The notes: generated from the sequence alone by a model not told the origin. Counted from the stretch's first letter, positions 20,150 through 28,963 are shown. The stretch is DNA of 64,000 bases from Candidatus Dormiibacterota bacterium (GCA_035532835.1 DATKQG010000059.1:6581-70580), one strand, 5' to 3'. Translations and numbers: made by a program.

Positions 20150-20611
20150 ATGAATGCAATCGCGCTGTTGAAAGCCGACCACCGCGCCGTCGAAGAACTT
20201 TTCAAAGAAGTCCAAGCGTTGAGCGATACCGCGCACGTGTCGCGCGGACGCATATTCAAGGACATCGATCGGGAACTCACGCTCCACGCGCACATCGAGG
20301 AAACGATCTTCTACCCGGCCTTCAAGGAGCGGACCAAACGCAATACGGAGCCGAGCGACGAGGTGTTCGAAGCGTTCGAAGAGCATGCCAACGTGAAGGC
20401 GATGCTCGCGAAACTCGAAGCGCTCGACCCGGGCGACGACACCTACAACGCGAAACTTCAAGTGCTGATGGAATTGGTGAAACACCACGTTAAAGAAGAG
20501 GAGACCCGGCTCTTCAAGCAGGCGAAGCAGCTTTTCGACAACGAGGAGCTCGAGGCGCTCGGGGAGCAACTCGAGGCGGCAAAGGGAAAAATGCTGGCGG
20601 GCGCACACTAA
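20150..20611 (+). CDS. Hemerythrin domain-containing protein
   Basis: Start trimmed to ATG 20150 (GAGGA lies 9 nt upstream). MNAIALLKADHRAVEELF...LHAHIEETIFYP...HHVKEEE pattern of His/Glu ligands. Confidence 0.8.
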   Translation: MNAIALLKADHRAVEELFKEVQALSDTAHVSRGRIFKDIDRELTLHAHIEETIFYPAFKERTKRNTEPSDEVFEAFEEHANVKAMLAKLEALDPGDDTYNAKLQVLMELVKHHVKEEETRLFKQAKQLFDNEELEALGEQLEAAKGKMLAGAH

Positions 20612-20619
20612 GGAACGAT

Positions 20620-20790
20620 ATGGCATTAGAAGTGAAGTGCCCCCTGTGCGGGACCGTCATCGAGGGCGCAGATGAAGATGCGCTCGTCGCCAATGCGGAT
20701 GCGCATGGCGATGCGGAGCACCAGATGCGCGCACCGCGATTCATGATCGTCGGCGCCGCGAAACACGTCGAGACCGAAGCCGGCGAATAG
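20620..20790 (+). CDS. Small CxxC protein, 56 aa (possibly DUF1059-like small metal-binding protein)
   Basis: Below the track's size cutoff. ATG 20620 preceded by AGGA (20611-20614). MALEVKCPLCGTVIEGADEDALVANADAHGDAEHQMRAP... Stop TAG at 20788-20790. Confidence 0.45.
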   Translation: MALEVKCPLCGTVIEGADEDALVANADAHGDAEHQMRAPRFMIVGAAKHVETEAGE

Positions 20791-20824
20791 CCGCTACGAC
20801 GCGGTCGTCATCGGCTTAGGCGCG

Positions 20825-21922
20825 ATGGGCAGCGCGGCGGTTGCCGCGCTCGCCCAACGCGGTTGCCGCGTGTTAGGCCTCGAGCAGTACGCACGCGGCC
20901 ACGATCGCGGATCCTCGAGCGGTCGCTCGCGGATGATTCGCAAGGCGTACTACGAGCATCCGGCATACGTGCCGCTGGTTTTGCGCGCATATGCCGCGTG
21001 GGAGGCGCTCGAAGCGCGGACCGGTCTGCAGATTATGCAACGGACCGGCGTGCTGATGATCGGAAACGATCGCAGTGCGGCGCTTTCCGGCGCGCGTGAG
21101 AGCGCACGCGTGCACGGCCTCGCTCTCGAAGCGCTCGATGCTCGGCAGGCGCGCCGGCGTTTTCCGGTTTTCGCCGTGCGGGACGACGAGACGGCGCTCT
21201 TCGAGCCCGACGGCGGCATGCTTTTTCCCGAGCGCGCGATCGAAGCGCAGCTGATCGTCGCGGAAGGGGCCGGAGCCGAATTACGCTTCGAAACGCGGGC
21301 TACGGCATGGGGCGAGGGCGAGCACGATCGCTCGCTCGCGATCGAACTCGGCGACGGCACGGCCGTTCGCGCGAACCGGCTGATCCTGTGCGCGGGGCCC
21401 TGGACCGATGCGATTGCCGGTGTGTGGAGCGTGCCGCTGAGCGTTCGGCGCAACGTGCAGCACTGGTTTGCGCCGCGCAGCACGCGCACGCGGGCCGGCA
21501 CGATGCCGGCGTTTTTCGTCGATCGCCCCGAATGGGCGCATCCGCTCTACGGATTTCCGGATAGCGGCGAGGGAATCAAAGCGGCCTTTCACGGCTCGGA
21601 TGAAACGTCGGCCGCCGATGCCTTGGATCGCGAGATTCATGCAACCGATGTCGACCCGGTGCGTGAAGCGCTCGAGGCACTCGTACCGGGGGAGATCGGC
21701 GCCTATCGGTTCGGCAAGGCCTGCATGTATACGATGACGCCCGACGAGCACTTCGTCATCGGTCCGCACCCGCGCGACGCGCGGGCGATCGCGGCGTGCG
21801 GCTTCTCCGGACACGGCTTTAAGTTCGCCTCCGCTCTGGGCGAGATACTGGCCGGCCTGGCCTTGGACGGCGGGACCGATGCGGATATCGCGTTGTTCTC
21901 GCCTGCAAGGCGGTTTCGGTAA
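20825..21922 (+). CDS. FAD-dependent sarcosine / N-methyltryptophan oxidase-like oxidoreductase (DAO family)
   Basis: MSOX/SolA-like sequence (GSAAVAALAQRGCRVLGLEQ...GSSSGRSRMIRKAYYEHPAYVPL; C-terminal GFSGHGFKFA). The first canonical start (ATG 20825) falls inside the GxGxxG motif; see findings. Confidence 0.8.
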   Translation: MGSAAVAALAQRGCRVLGLEQYARGHDRGSSSGRSRMIRKAYYEHPAYVPLVLRAYAAWEALEARTGLQIMQRTGVLMIGNDRSAALSGARESARVHGLALEALDARQARRRFPVFAVRDDETALFEPDGGMLFPERAIEAQLIVAEGAGAELRFETRATAWGEGEHDRSLAIELGDGTAVRANRLILCAGPWTDAIAGVWSVPLSVRRNVQHWFAPRSTRTRAGTMPAFFVDRPEWAHPLYGFPDSGEGIKAAFHGSDETSAADALDREIHATDVDPVREALEALVPGEIGAYRFGKACMYTMTPDEHFVIGPHPRDARAIAACGFSGHGFKFASALGEILAGLALDGGTDADIALFSPARRFR

Positions 21923-22012
21923 AGATTGCGTTTAGGGCCATCCGTATTATGCCTTCCGTCGTAGCGGAGCGCCCGGCTTTCGGAGCATGCTGGCGTCGTC
22001 ATTTGGAGGACA

Positions 22013-22294
22013 TTGGTGCGTACTACACTCGCAATACTCTCGCTCGCCGGTGCCGTATTGGCGCCCGCAGCTACCCTCGCCGCTCAAGTCGATGCCTCGT
22101 TGATTCCGGATGGAACGTACGTCGTTAAAGTTGAGAAGGTGCCCGACGCTCAGCACGTCACGGTCGTGATGCAGAACGGCGTCGAGACGACGCTCACTGC
22201 AAAAGGCAGCGTCAACTTCGCGCCGGTTCACCCGAACCAGACGCTCAAAGTCTCGGTCATCAAGGGCCAAGTCCCGGTCTTCATCATTCAATAG
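22013..22294 (+). CDS. Small secreted hypothetical protein
   Basis: GTG start 6 nt after GGAGGA. Signal peptide MVRTTLAILSLAGAVLAPAATLAAQ, then a beta-rich 65-aa domain. Confidence 0.55.
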   Translation: MVRTTLAILSLAGAVLAPAATLAAQVDASLIPDGTYVVKVEKVPDAQHVTVVMQNGVETTLTAKGSVNFAPVHPNQTLKVSVIKGQVPVFIIQ

Positions 22295-22345
22295 CCTGCG
22301 TCCGTCGCGCCGGACCCAACCGGCCCCGGCGCGAATCGGTGGGGC

Positions 22346-23302
22346 ATGGAGAGGTTGACGTCCACGCCGGAGCATCTCGAACGCGCCGCCGCACTCCTTC
22401 GTAGCGGCGGCGTCGTCGCGTTTCCAACCGAGACGGTATACGGCTTGGGCGCGGATGCGTTCGACCCGGTCGCGGTTGCGCGCATCTTTGAGATCAAGCG
22501 GCGGCCCAGGTTCGACCCGCTGATCGTGCACGTTGCCGACGAAGCGATGCTTGCCGAGGTAGCGCGCGATATTTCACCGCTTGCCCGCCGGCTGATCGCC
22601 CGATTCTGGCCGGGGCCGCTGACGCTGGTCCTGCGCAAACAGGCGAGCATTCCCGACATCGTGACGGCCGGCTTACCGACGGTTGCGGTGCGGATGCCCG
22701 CGCATCCGATCGCGCGCGAACTCGTTCGGCTCGCCGGGCGGCCGATCGCGGCCCCCAGCGCGAATCCGTTCGGCTATCTGAGCCCGACGCGTGCCGAACA
22801 CGTCGAACGGATGCTCGGCGACGCGGTCGATGCGATGATCGATGGCGGGGCGACCGATCGCGGCGTCGAGTCGACGATCGTCATGCTCGAACCGTCGCCC
22901 ACGCTGTTACGACATGGTGCGATCCCGGCCGAAGAGATCGAAACGCTTACCGGGCCGCTCGCTCGCGAACTCTCGGCCGAGTCGGCTCCGCTCGCGCCGG
23001 GCGTCCTGCCGCACCATTACGCACCGCGCACGCCGATCCGTATCGTCGATCTCGCTAGCGTCGCGCCCTCCGAGCGCGTTCGCGCCGGGGCGCTGGCGTT
23101 TACTACTCCGGCGGGCGGGTACGCGCTGGAGCGCGTCCTTTCGCCCGGCGGCGATTTGCGCGAGGCCGCCGCGCACCTCTTTGGCTATCTGCACGAACTC
23201 GACGAGGCCGGCTTGGAACGTATCGATGCGCAGCCGCTCCCGAACGCCGGTCTGGGTGCCGCGATCATGGACCGCCTGCGCCGCGCATCGGCGACATCGT
23301 GA
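22346..23302 (+). CDS. tsaC: L-threonylcarbamoyladenylate synthase (Sua5/YwlC-type TsaC)
   Basis: GGVVAFPTETVYGLGADAF...IFEIKRRP...SANPFG motifs plus the long Sua5-type C-terminal domain (318 aa). Confidence 0.88.
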   Translation: MERLTSTPEHLERAAALLRSGGVVAFPTETVYGLGADAFDPVAVARIFEIKRRPRFDPLIVHVADEAMLAEVARDISPLARRLIARFWPGPLTLVLRKQASIPDIVTAGLPTVAVRMPAHPIARELVRLAGRPIAAPSANPFGYLSPTRAEHVERMLGDAVDAMIDGGATDRGVESTIVMLEPSPTLLRHGAIPAEEIETLTGPLARELSAESAPLAPGVLPHHYAPRTPIRIVDLASVAPSERVRAGALAFTTPAGGYALERVLSPGGDLREAAAHLFGYLHELDEAGLERIDAQPLPNAGLGAAIMDRLRRASATS

Positions 23303-24219
23303 AGCCGCGCGCTCTCGCGCTGATCGCGCTCGCGATGATTGCCCTCGTGTGGGGCTGCAATTGGGTATTGATGAAGACCGCCGTGCTCTATGCGTCGCCG
23401 TTCGTCTTTGCGGCGGAGCGTTCGCTGGGCGGTGGTTTCCTCTTACTCGTGCTCGCGGCGCTGTTGCGCAAACCGCTGTGGCCCGAACGCCCGATCGGAT
23501 ACTTGCTGCTCGGCGTGTTTCAGATTGCGGGATTCTTGGGTTTGGTCACCTGGGCCATCGTCACCGCCGGCGCCGGTAAGATCGCCATGCTTTCGTACAC
23601 GATGCCGTTTTGGGTCGCGCTGTTGGCATGGCCGTTGCTGGGCGATCGCTTGCGCCTGGTCCCGGGCATAGCGGTGGCGATTGCGGTGGCCGGGGTCGCA
23701 CTGATGATCGGACCCTTGCACGGTGCTTGGGTCGCCGACGTGATCGCGGTCCTGGCCGGAGTCTCTTGGGCGATCGGCGTGATTATCGCCAAACGCCTGC
23801 AGCGCGGCGCCAACCTCGATCTCTATAACATGACGATGTGGCAGTTGATCTTCGGCGGAATCGTCCTTGCGATCGTTGCCGCCGCGGTCCCGTCGCGCGC
23901 GACGGTCTGGTCGCCGGCCTACATCGCGATTCTCGCCTACAACATCGTCTTTGCGACCGCAATCGCATACGTGCTGTGGATCTTCATCTTGCGCGTCCTT
24001 CCCGCTCGCGAAGCGAGCATGGGAACGTTGGCCAGCCCGCTGTTAGCCGTCGCGTGGTCGTGGGCGCTGCTCGGCGAGCGGCCCTCGTTACTCGAAGGGA
24101 GCGGCATGCTGCTGGTGGCTGCCGGGATGCTCTTGCTAAGCTTTTGGGATCGCTTGCGTCTTCCGCGAATAGCGGCGCGAGAGCGCGAGTGCATTGCCGA
24201 CGACGAACAGGCTGGATAG
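23299..24219 (+). CDS. EamA/DMT family transporter
   Basis: About ten hydrophobic segments with two EamA-like halves. GTG start overlaps the tsaC stop. The 3' end overlaps copA convergently. Confidence 0.8.
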   Translation: MKPRALALIALAMIALVWGCNWVLMKTAVLYASPFVFAAERSLGGGFLLLVLAALLRKPLWPERPIGYLLLGVFQIAGFLGLVTWAIVTAGAGKIAMLSYTMPFWVALLAWPLLGDRLRLVPGIAVAIAVAGVALMIGPLHGAWVADVIAVLAGVSWAIGVIIAKRLQRGANLDLYNMTMWQLIFGGIVLAIVAAAVPSRATVWSPAYIAILAYNIVFATAIAYVLWIFILRVLPAREASMGTLASPLLAVAWSWALLGERPSLLEGSGMLLVAAGMLLLSFWDRLRLPRIAARERECIADDEQAG

Positions 24220-26301
24220 ACCCATCGCTCCGGCGGCAAAGATCGGGTTGACGATACCGAACGCCGCGAGCGGAATCAGTACGACGTTGTAAGCAAAGGC
24301 CCAAAAGAGATTTTGAGCGATGGCGCGTTGCGTACCGCGCGCGATCTCGATCGCGCTCACGAGCGCGTAGGGGTCGTTCGAAAGAATGGCCGCATGCGCG
24401 GATTCGAGCGCGATCGCGGTGCCTGCGCCCATTGCAAATCCAACCGAGGCTCGCGCGAGCGCGGGCGCATCGTTCATGCCGTCGCCGACGAAGCCCGCCG
24501 CGCCGCCTTTCTCCTCGATGTCGCGAACGATCGATGCCTTTTCTACCGGAAGCACGCCCGAATACCAGCGTTCGATGCCGGCGCTCTGTGCGACGGACGC
24601 AACCACGCTCTCGGTATCGCCGCTTACCATCAGGGATGCTATCCCGAGCGACGAGAGTGCGGCGACGGTTGCACGGGCGCTCGGGCGAATGCTGTCACCG
24701 AGTTCGATACTGCCGAGCATCGTGCCGTCGCGAGCGACGTAGATATTCGTGTTTGCCGATCGGGTCGCCGGCGTCTCGATGCCGTTGGCCGCCAGGAACG
24801 CGGCGTTACCCGCGAGCACGCGCGTGCGGTCGACCGCGCCGGCGATGCCGCGCCCCGATTCTACGCGGACGTCTTCGGCGTGCAAAGGCGGCAGCGTGCG
24901 CGCGCCGGCTTCCGCCACGATCGCGCGGGCGATCGGGTGCGTGCTCAACGATTCGAGTGCGGCAGCGAGTTGCAAGACTGCGTTCGCGGCGTTTTCACCG
25001 TACGTTTGCACGGCGAGCACGCGCAGCGTGCCTTGCGTGAGCGTGCCCGTTTTGTCGAACACCATCGTCGCGAGTGCGGAGGCGCGTTCCAGCGTTGCCG
25101 CGTCCTTAAAGAGGATGCCGCGTCGGGCCGCGGCGCCGATGCCGGCGATGATGGCGGTCGGGGTCGCGAGGCCCAGCGCGCACGGGCATGCGACGACGAG
25201 CACCGCGATGGCGCTCACCAGCGCGGTGGACCACGCGTGATGCGTGAGCATCCAGCCGGCGAACGTTAGGACGGCCAACGCCAGGATAATCGGTACGAAA
25301 ATAGAGGCGATGCGATCGGCGAGGCGCTGCACGGGTGGTGTCGAGCCCTGTGCTTGCCGGACGGCTTGCACGATGCGCGCGAGCGTCGTTCCGGCGCCGA
25401 CGACCGTGGCGCGCATTACCAGGGCGCCTGCGCCGTTGACGGTACCTTGCTCGATGGTATCGCCGGGGCCGACCTCGATCGGCATCGCTTCGCCGGTGAG
25501 TAGCGCGCGGTCGAGCGAACTGCTGCCGGATTCGATCGTTCCGTCAACCGGGACGCGTTCTCCGGGCGCGACGACGAGCGTGTCGCCGATGCGCACGGAA
25601 TCGGCCAGGACGGCTTCGACGCGGCCATCCGCCTCGCGCCGGTGAGCGACTTCGGGACGCAAGTTCAGGAGCGAACGCAGGGCTTTGTTGCTGCGCGAAC
25701 GCGCCGCGGCCTCCAGGTATTTCCCCACAAAGACGAGCGTCACGATCGCGCTTGCGGTTTCGTAATAGGTCATCGCGCCGGCGATGGTTGCGTACACGCT
25801 CAGTGCGAGCGCCGCGGTCGATCCGAGCGATACGAGCGTATCCATCGTCGCCGTTCCGCTGCGTAACGCACTCAGAGCGCCGCGATGAAACGTCCAACCA
25901 ACGATCGCCCACACCGGCAACGTCAGTGCCAGCAAGAGTTCGTTCTTGTAGGGCACGTCGCCGACGAACATTCCAAGGATCAGCGTCGGAACAGAGCATA
26001 CGATCGCCAGCACGAGCAAACGCCGGCGCACGACGAATTCGCGCTCCGTTCGCTCCGCGTCGGCGTCGTCGTCGGTGGCCTCCGCGGCATGATATCCCGA
26101 GCGTTCGACCGCCGCGACGAGCGCGGCCGTGTCCGTGGCCGGATCGTGAGCGATGGTTGCGTGCTCGGTTGCGAGGTTTACGGTCGCGTCGCTGACGCCC
26201 GGTACTTTGCGTAATGCCCTTGTAACGTGCGCCACGCACGAAGCGCACGTCATTCCGGAGATCGAGAGTTCGGTGACCGCCGGCTCGGCTGTTTGTGTCA
26301 C
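24136..26301 (-). CDS. copA: Copper-translocating P1B-type ATPase
   Basis: Start trimmed to GTG 26301 (GTGA overlap with the copZ stop). N-terminal HMA domain GMTCASC, CPC in TM6 (VACPCALGLATP), DKTGTLT, GDGMNDAPAL. Confidence 0.92.
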   Translation of the reverse strand: MTQTAEPAVTELSISGMTCASCVAHVTRALRKVPGVSDATVNLATEHATIAHDPATDTAALVAAVERSGYHAAEATDDDADAERTEREFVVRRRLLVLAIVCSVPTLILGMFVGDVPYKNELLLALTLPVWAIVGWTFHRGALSALRSGTATMDTLVSLGSTAALALSVYATIAGAMTYYETASAIVTLVFVGKYLEAAARSRSNKALRSLLNLRPEVAHRREADGRVEAVLADSVRIGDTLVVAPGERVPVDGTIESGSSSLDRALLTGEAMPIEVGPGDTIEQGTVNGAGALVMRATVVGAGTTLARIVQAVRQAQGSTPPVQRLADRIASIFVPIILALAVLTFAGWMLTHHAWSTALVSAIAVLVVACPCALGLATPTAIIAGIGAAARRGILFKDAATLERASALATMVFDKTGTLTQGTLRVLAVQTYGENAANAVLQLAAALESLSTHPIARAIVAEAGARTLPPLHAEDVRVESGRGIAGAVDRTRVLAGNAAFLAANGIETPATRSANTNIYVARDGTMLGSIELGDSIRPSARATVAALSSLGIASLMVSGDTESVVASVAQSAGIERWYSGVLPVEKASIVRDIEEKGGAAGFVGDGMNDAPALARASVGFAMGAGTAIALESAHAAILSNDPYALVSAIEIARGTQRAIAQNLFWAFAYNVVLIPLAAFGIVNPIFAAGAMGLSSLFVVGNALALSRRYSRKTQAIPKA

Positions 26302-26501
26302 GATAGGGTGTAACCGGCCTCGTCGAGCGCGTGGGCGAGTTCGGCGCGCTCGAGCGGATGGTCGCTCTGAATAGTCGCCGAGCCGCTCGTTAGAGCGACC
26401 TCGACGCCGGTCACGCCGGGGAGTTCTTGCAACGCTTGGGTGACGTGGCGCACGCAATTTTCGCAGGTCATGCCCTGCACGGAAATCGTAACGGTGTTCA
26501 T
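26298..26501 (-). CDS. copZ: Copper chaperone (heavy-metal-associated domain)
   Basis: Start trimmed to ATG 26501 (AAGGA upstream). MNTVTISVQGMTCENCVRHV carries the MxCxxC motif. 67 aa. Confidence 0.88.
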   Translation of the reverse strand: MNTVTISVQGMTCENCVRHVTQALQELPGVTGVEVALTSGSATIQSDHPLERAELAHALDEAGYTLS

Positions 26502-26529
26502 CGGTATCCTTAAGAGTGGAGGCTTGGAG

Positions 26530-26802
26530 CTAGACGATCGATTTATCGAAGGCCAGCGCGCTGAGTAATTCGTCGATCGCCGGTCCCTCGTTACCCTGCC
26601 GGATCGCTTGAGCAAAACAGTTTTCAAAGTGGTTACGCAATTCGATTTGGCTCACTCGGGCTAACGCCGATCGGACGCCGGCGATCTGCTTCATCACATC
26701 CACGCAGTAGCTGTCCTCTTCGACCATGCGGATGACTCCCTCCAAGTGGCCGCGGGCGGTCCGGAGGCGGCGCAGGACGTCGGTTTTGCGTGGTTCGATC
26801 AT
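26530..26802 (-). CDS. csoR: CsoR family copper-sensing transcriptional repressor
   Basis: 90 aa. DUF156 pattern RLRTARGHLEGVIRMVEEDSYCVDVMKQI...HFENC (Cys-His-Cys ligands). Confidence 0.9.
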   Translation of the reverse strand: MIEPRKTDVLRRLRTARGHLEGVIRMVEEDSYCVDVMKQIAGVRSALARVSQIELRNHFENCFAQAIRQGNEGPAIDELLSALAFDKSIV

Positions 26803-26918
26803 GCGTCCATCCTACCCACCTGGGGAGGGGTCGTCAAGCCCCGAGTGATTATAACCTAAATTTGATGGGTATCGAATAGACGAACCACCTCTGGAAGGGC
26901 GATAGTATAGCGTAGTAT
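26803..26918. promoter_or_regulatory. Divergent csoR / S41-peptidase control region with a candidate CsoR operator
   Basis: G/C-tract pseudo-palindrome TACCCACCTGGGGAGGGGT (26813-26831), similar to known CsoR boxes. On the minus strand, TTGACG (26837-26832) - 17 nt (the box) - TAGGAT (26814-26809) puts the TSS at or near the csoR ATG. A second candidate is TTCGAT (26876-26871) - 17 nt - TATAAT (26853-26848). On the plus strand, TAGTAT repeats sit just before ATG 26919 with no SD. Confidence 0.5.
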
Positions 26919-28271
26919 ATGCAGAGTTTATTTTCTTGTTCGGCTCGCCTAGCATCCGCCCTCGGGTTGGTTGCCGGCCTTCTCTTGCCCCTAACGGCGA
27001 GCGCGGCGCCGCCGCTCCCCGGGCCCGTCGCCTTGGACGTTCGCGAGAGTTACCGTTTGCTTTCGTCGACCTATTACAAGGAAGTTGCCGGGCAATCGCT
27101 GCTCGACGCGGCGCGCACGGCGCTGATCGATGCCGCGCACAAGCATGGCGCGCGCGTCGACATCCCGGCACTACAGGCGCAGGACGATAGCGAAGCGAGC
27201 ATGGCGCAACTCGATCAAGCGATCGTGTCGGTGGCGCAGGCCGCCCACGGTACCCCGACCGAGTACGCCTACGCTGCGATCGACGGCATGGCGAAATCGG
27301 TCAAGGATCGCTGGACGGCGTTTCTCGATCCGCAGGAATTCAAGGCTTTTAACGAAGCGCTGGATCCGCAAAAAATCTCGGGCATCGGGGTGCTCATCGA
27401 GCAAGACCCCGCCACGAAACTCGTGCGCGCCTCGTATGTAGTGCCCGGCACGCCGGCCGACAAAGCGGGCATCCTGCCCGGCGATAATTTCGTTACCATC
27501 GACGGAGCCTCGACCAAAGGGCTTACACAGGAGAACGCCAGCAAATTGCTGCGCGGCAAGGCCGGCACCGTGGTGCATATCGCCATCGCGCACAGCGGCA
27601 GCACGCCGACCGAAACCGTCGCCATCACGCGTAGTGAAATCCAGCCGCCGACCGTTATCTACAAAATGCTGGCCGGACACATCGGTTACGTGTACGTCCT
27701 GGCTTTCGGCCGGGCTACGCCGAGCGAATTCGATGCGGCGCTCTCGCGTCTCAAAGCCGGCGGCGCGCGCGCGCTGGTCCTGGATCTGCGCAACGACGGC
27801 GGCGGATACGTTGATTCGGCGCTCGAGATCAGCTCGACGATGATCGCAAATAAGCCGCTGGTTACGGTAGAGCAGCGCGGAGCCGCCAATCAAACGATCG
27901 ACGCGCAAGACGACACGCGCATCGACGTTCCGGTGAGCGTCTTGGTCAACGGCTATACGGCCTCGGCATCCGAGATTACCGCGGGCGCTCTGCAGGACGA
28001 CGGTATCGGCGTGCTCGTCGGTACGAAAACGTTCGGAAAAGGGGTGATGCAGACGCTGACCCCGCTACCGGATGGTTCGGCCATCAAGATCACCACGGCG
28101 CATTACCTCACGCCCAACGGTAAAGACATCAACCTGCGCGGCATCAAGCCGGATGTGAGTATCGGAGAGAATCGCGGCGCGCGATTCGGCGAAGCCAAAG
28201 ACGACGCCCAACTCCGAGCGGCGCTCGACCTGCTCCAAAAAAAGATCGCCGACGCGGCCACGAAGCCGTAG
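26919..28271 (+). CDS. S41 family C-terminal processing peptidase (Ctp/Prc-like) with PDZ domain
   Basis: Signal peptide, PDZ-like segment (GIGVLIEQD...PGTPADKAGILPGD), S41 catalytic motifs (LDLRNDGGGY, VLVNGYTASASEI, GTKTFGKG). Confidence 0.88.
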   Translation: MQSLFSCSARLASALGLVAGLLLPLTASAAPPLPGPVALDVRESYRLLSSTYYKEVAGQSLLDAARTALIDAAHKHGARVDIPALQAQDDSEASMAQLDQAIVSVAQAAHGTPTEYAYAAIDGMAKSVKDRWTAFLDPQEFKAFNEALDPQKISGIGVLIEQDPATKLVRASYVVPGTPADKAGILPGDNFVTIDGASTKGLTQENASKLLRGKAGTVVHIAIAHSGSTPTETVAITRSEIQPPTVIYKMLAGHIGYVYVLAFGRATPSEFDAALSRLKAGGARALVLDLRNDGGGYVDSALEISSTMIANKPLVTVEQRGAANQTIDAQDDTRIDVPVSVLVNGYTASASEITAGALQDDGIGVLVGTKTFGKGVMQTLTPLPDGSAIKITTAHYLTPNGKDINLRGIKPDVSIGENRGARFGEAKDDAQLRAALDLLQKKIADAATKP

Positions 28272-28277
28272 CGATTC

Positions 28278-28700
28278 TCAGCCCGGCGCGTGGGGCTCTT
28301 CGAGCCGTCGGTAGAGCCGCACGCGCGTTCCGTTGTGGTCGTAGTTCACGCCGTCCATGAGACTGCACATGAGGCCCATCCCAAATCCGCGCGCGCGCTC
28401 TTCGAGCGGTGCGGCCTGGCTCCCCTCGATACTGAATCCATCACCGTTATCGCGAATTTCGATCGCGATCTCGCCGTCTTCGAATCGGCACACTACGGAG
28501 AATCCGTTGGAACGCGCGCTGCGGCCGTGTTCGACCGCATTGCTCAACGCTTCGCCGGCAGCGAGGCGAATATCGGCGACGTCGCTTTCGGAAAAGCCGC
28601 ACATGCTCGCAAAACTTGCAATGGCGTTGCGCGCCAAGGATACGTTGCGTGGATCGCCGGTATAGGCGGCGCGGTAGTGCGGGCTCACCGCTAGCGACAT
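28278..28700 (-). CDS. RsbW/SpoIIAB-like anti-sigma-factor serine kinase (HATPase_c_2)
   Basis: Start trimmed to ATG 28700; the track's 219-aa version reads through the tRNA gene. N-box AAGEALSNAVEHG, IEIRDNGDGF, GFGMGLM. Confidence 0.75.
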   Translation of the reverse strand: MSLAVSPHYRAAYTGDPRNVSLARNAIASFASMCGFSESDVADIRLAAGEALSNAVEHGRSARSNGFSVVCRFEDGEIAIEIRDNGDGFSIEGSQAAPLEERARGFGMGLMCSLMDGVNYDHNGTRVRLYRRLEEPHAPG

Positions 28701-28810
28701 ACCCGGGAAAAGGGCGCTCGTAAACGCGCGGGCGGTGTTTATTCGGTAATGGCGAACGTGAAAAGGGATCCGAACGTCCGGCGGTGCATGCGCTCGCCTG
28801 GATGCTCCCA

Positions 28811-28886
28811 GGGCGATTAGCTCAGCTGGGAGAGCGCCTCCCTTACACGGAGGATGTCGGCGGTTCGAGCCCGTCATCGCCCACCA
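28811..28886 (+). tRNA. tRNA-Val (anticodon TAC), CCA encoded
   Basis: Hand-folded cloverleaf: acceptor GGGCGAT/ATCGCCC, D-arm GCTC/GAGC, anticodon stem CCTCC/GGAGG with loop CT-TAC-AC, T-arm GGCGG-TTCGAGC-CCGTC, discriminator A plus CCA. Confidence 0.93.
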
Positions 28887-28890
28887 CTTA

Positions 28891-28916
28891 AAAAGCCCGC
28901 CACCGCGGGCTTTTTG
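28891..28916 (+). terminator. Rho-independent terminator after tRNA-Val
   Basis: AAAAGCCCGC-CACC-GCGGGCTTTTT. A 6-bp GC stem flanked by an A-tract and a T-tract, so it could act in both directions. Confidence 0.7.
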
Positions 28917-28963
28917 CCTTTTTCGGCCAACATTCAAAGCAGTTGTTTCGTCGGAGGCTTACC

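Noticed and set aside
28811-28886. tRNA-Val as the attachment site of an integrated element.
   Set aside because: No integrase or recombinase is present, I saw no duplicated tRNA 3' segment nearby, and the flanking genes are housekeeping with native-looking composition.
28278-28937. N-terminally extended versions of real genes in the ORF track. Examples: 28278..28937 reading through tRNA-Val, 5159..8275, 24136..26457, 59193..61196, 19661..20611, 40366..41364, 42252..43448.
   Set aside because: The extensions overlap upstream genes or the tRNA and are compositionally junk. The family N-termini, with RBS motifs or 4-8 nt start/stop overlaps, occur at internal start codons.
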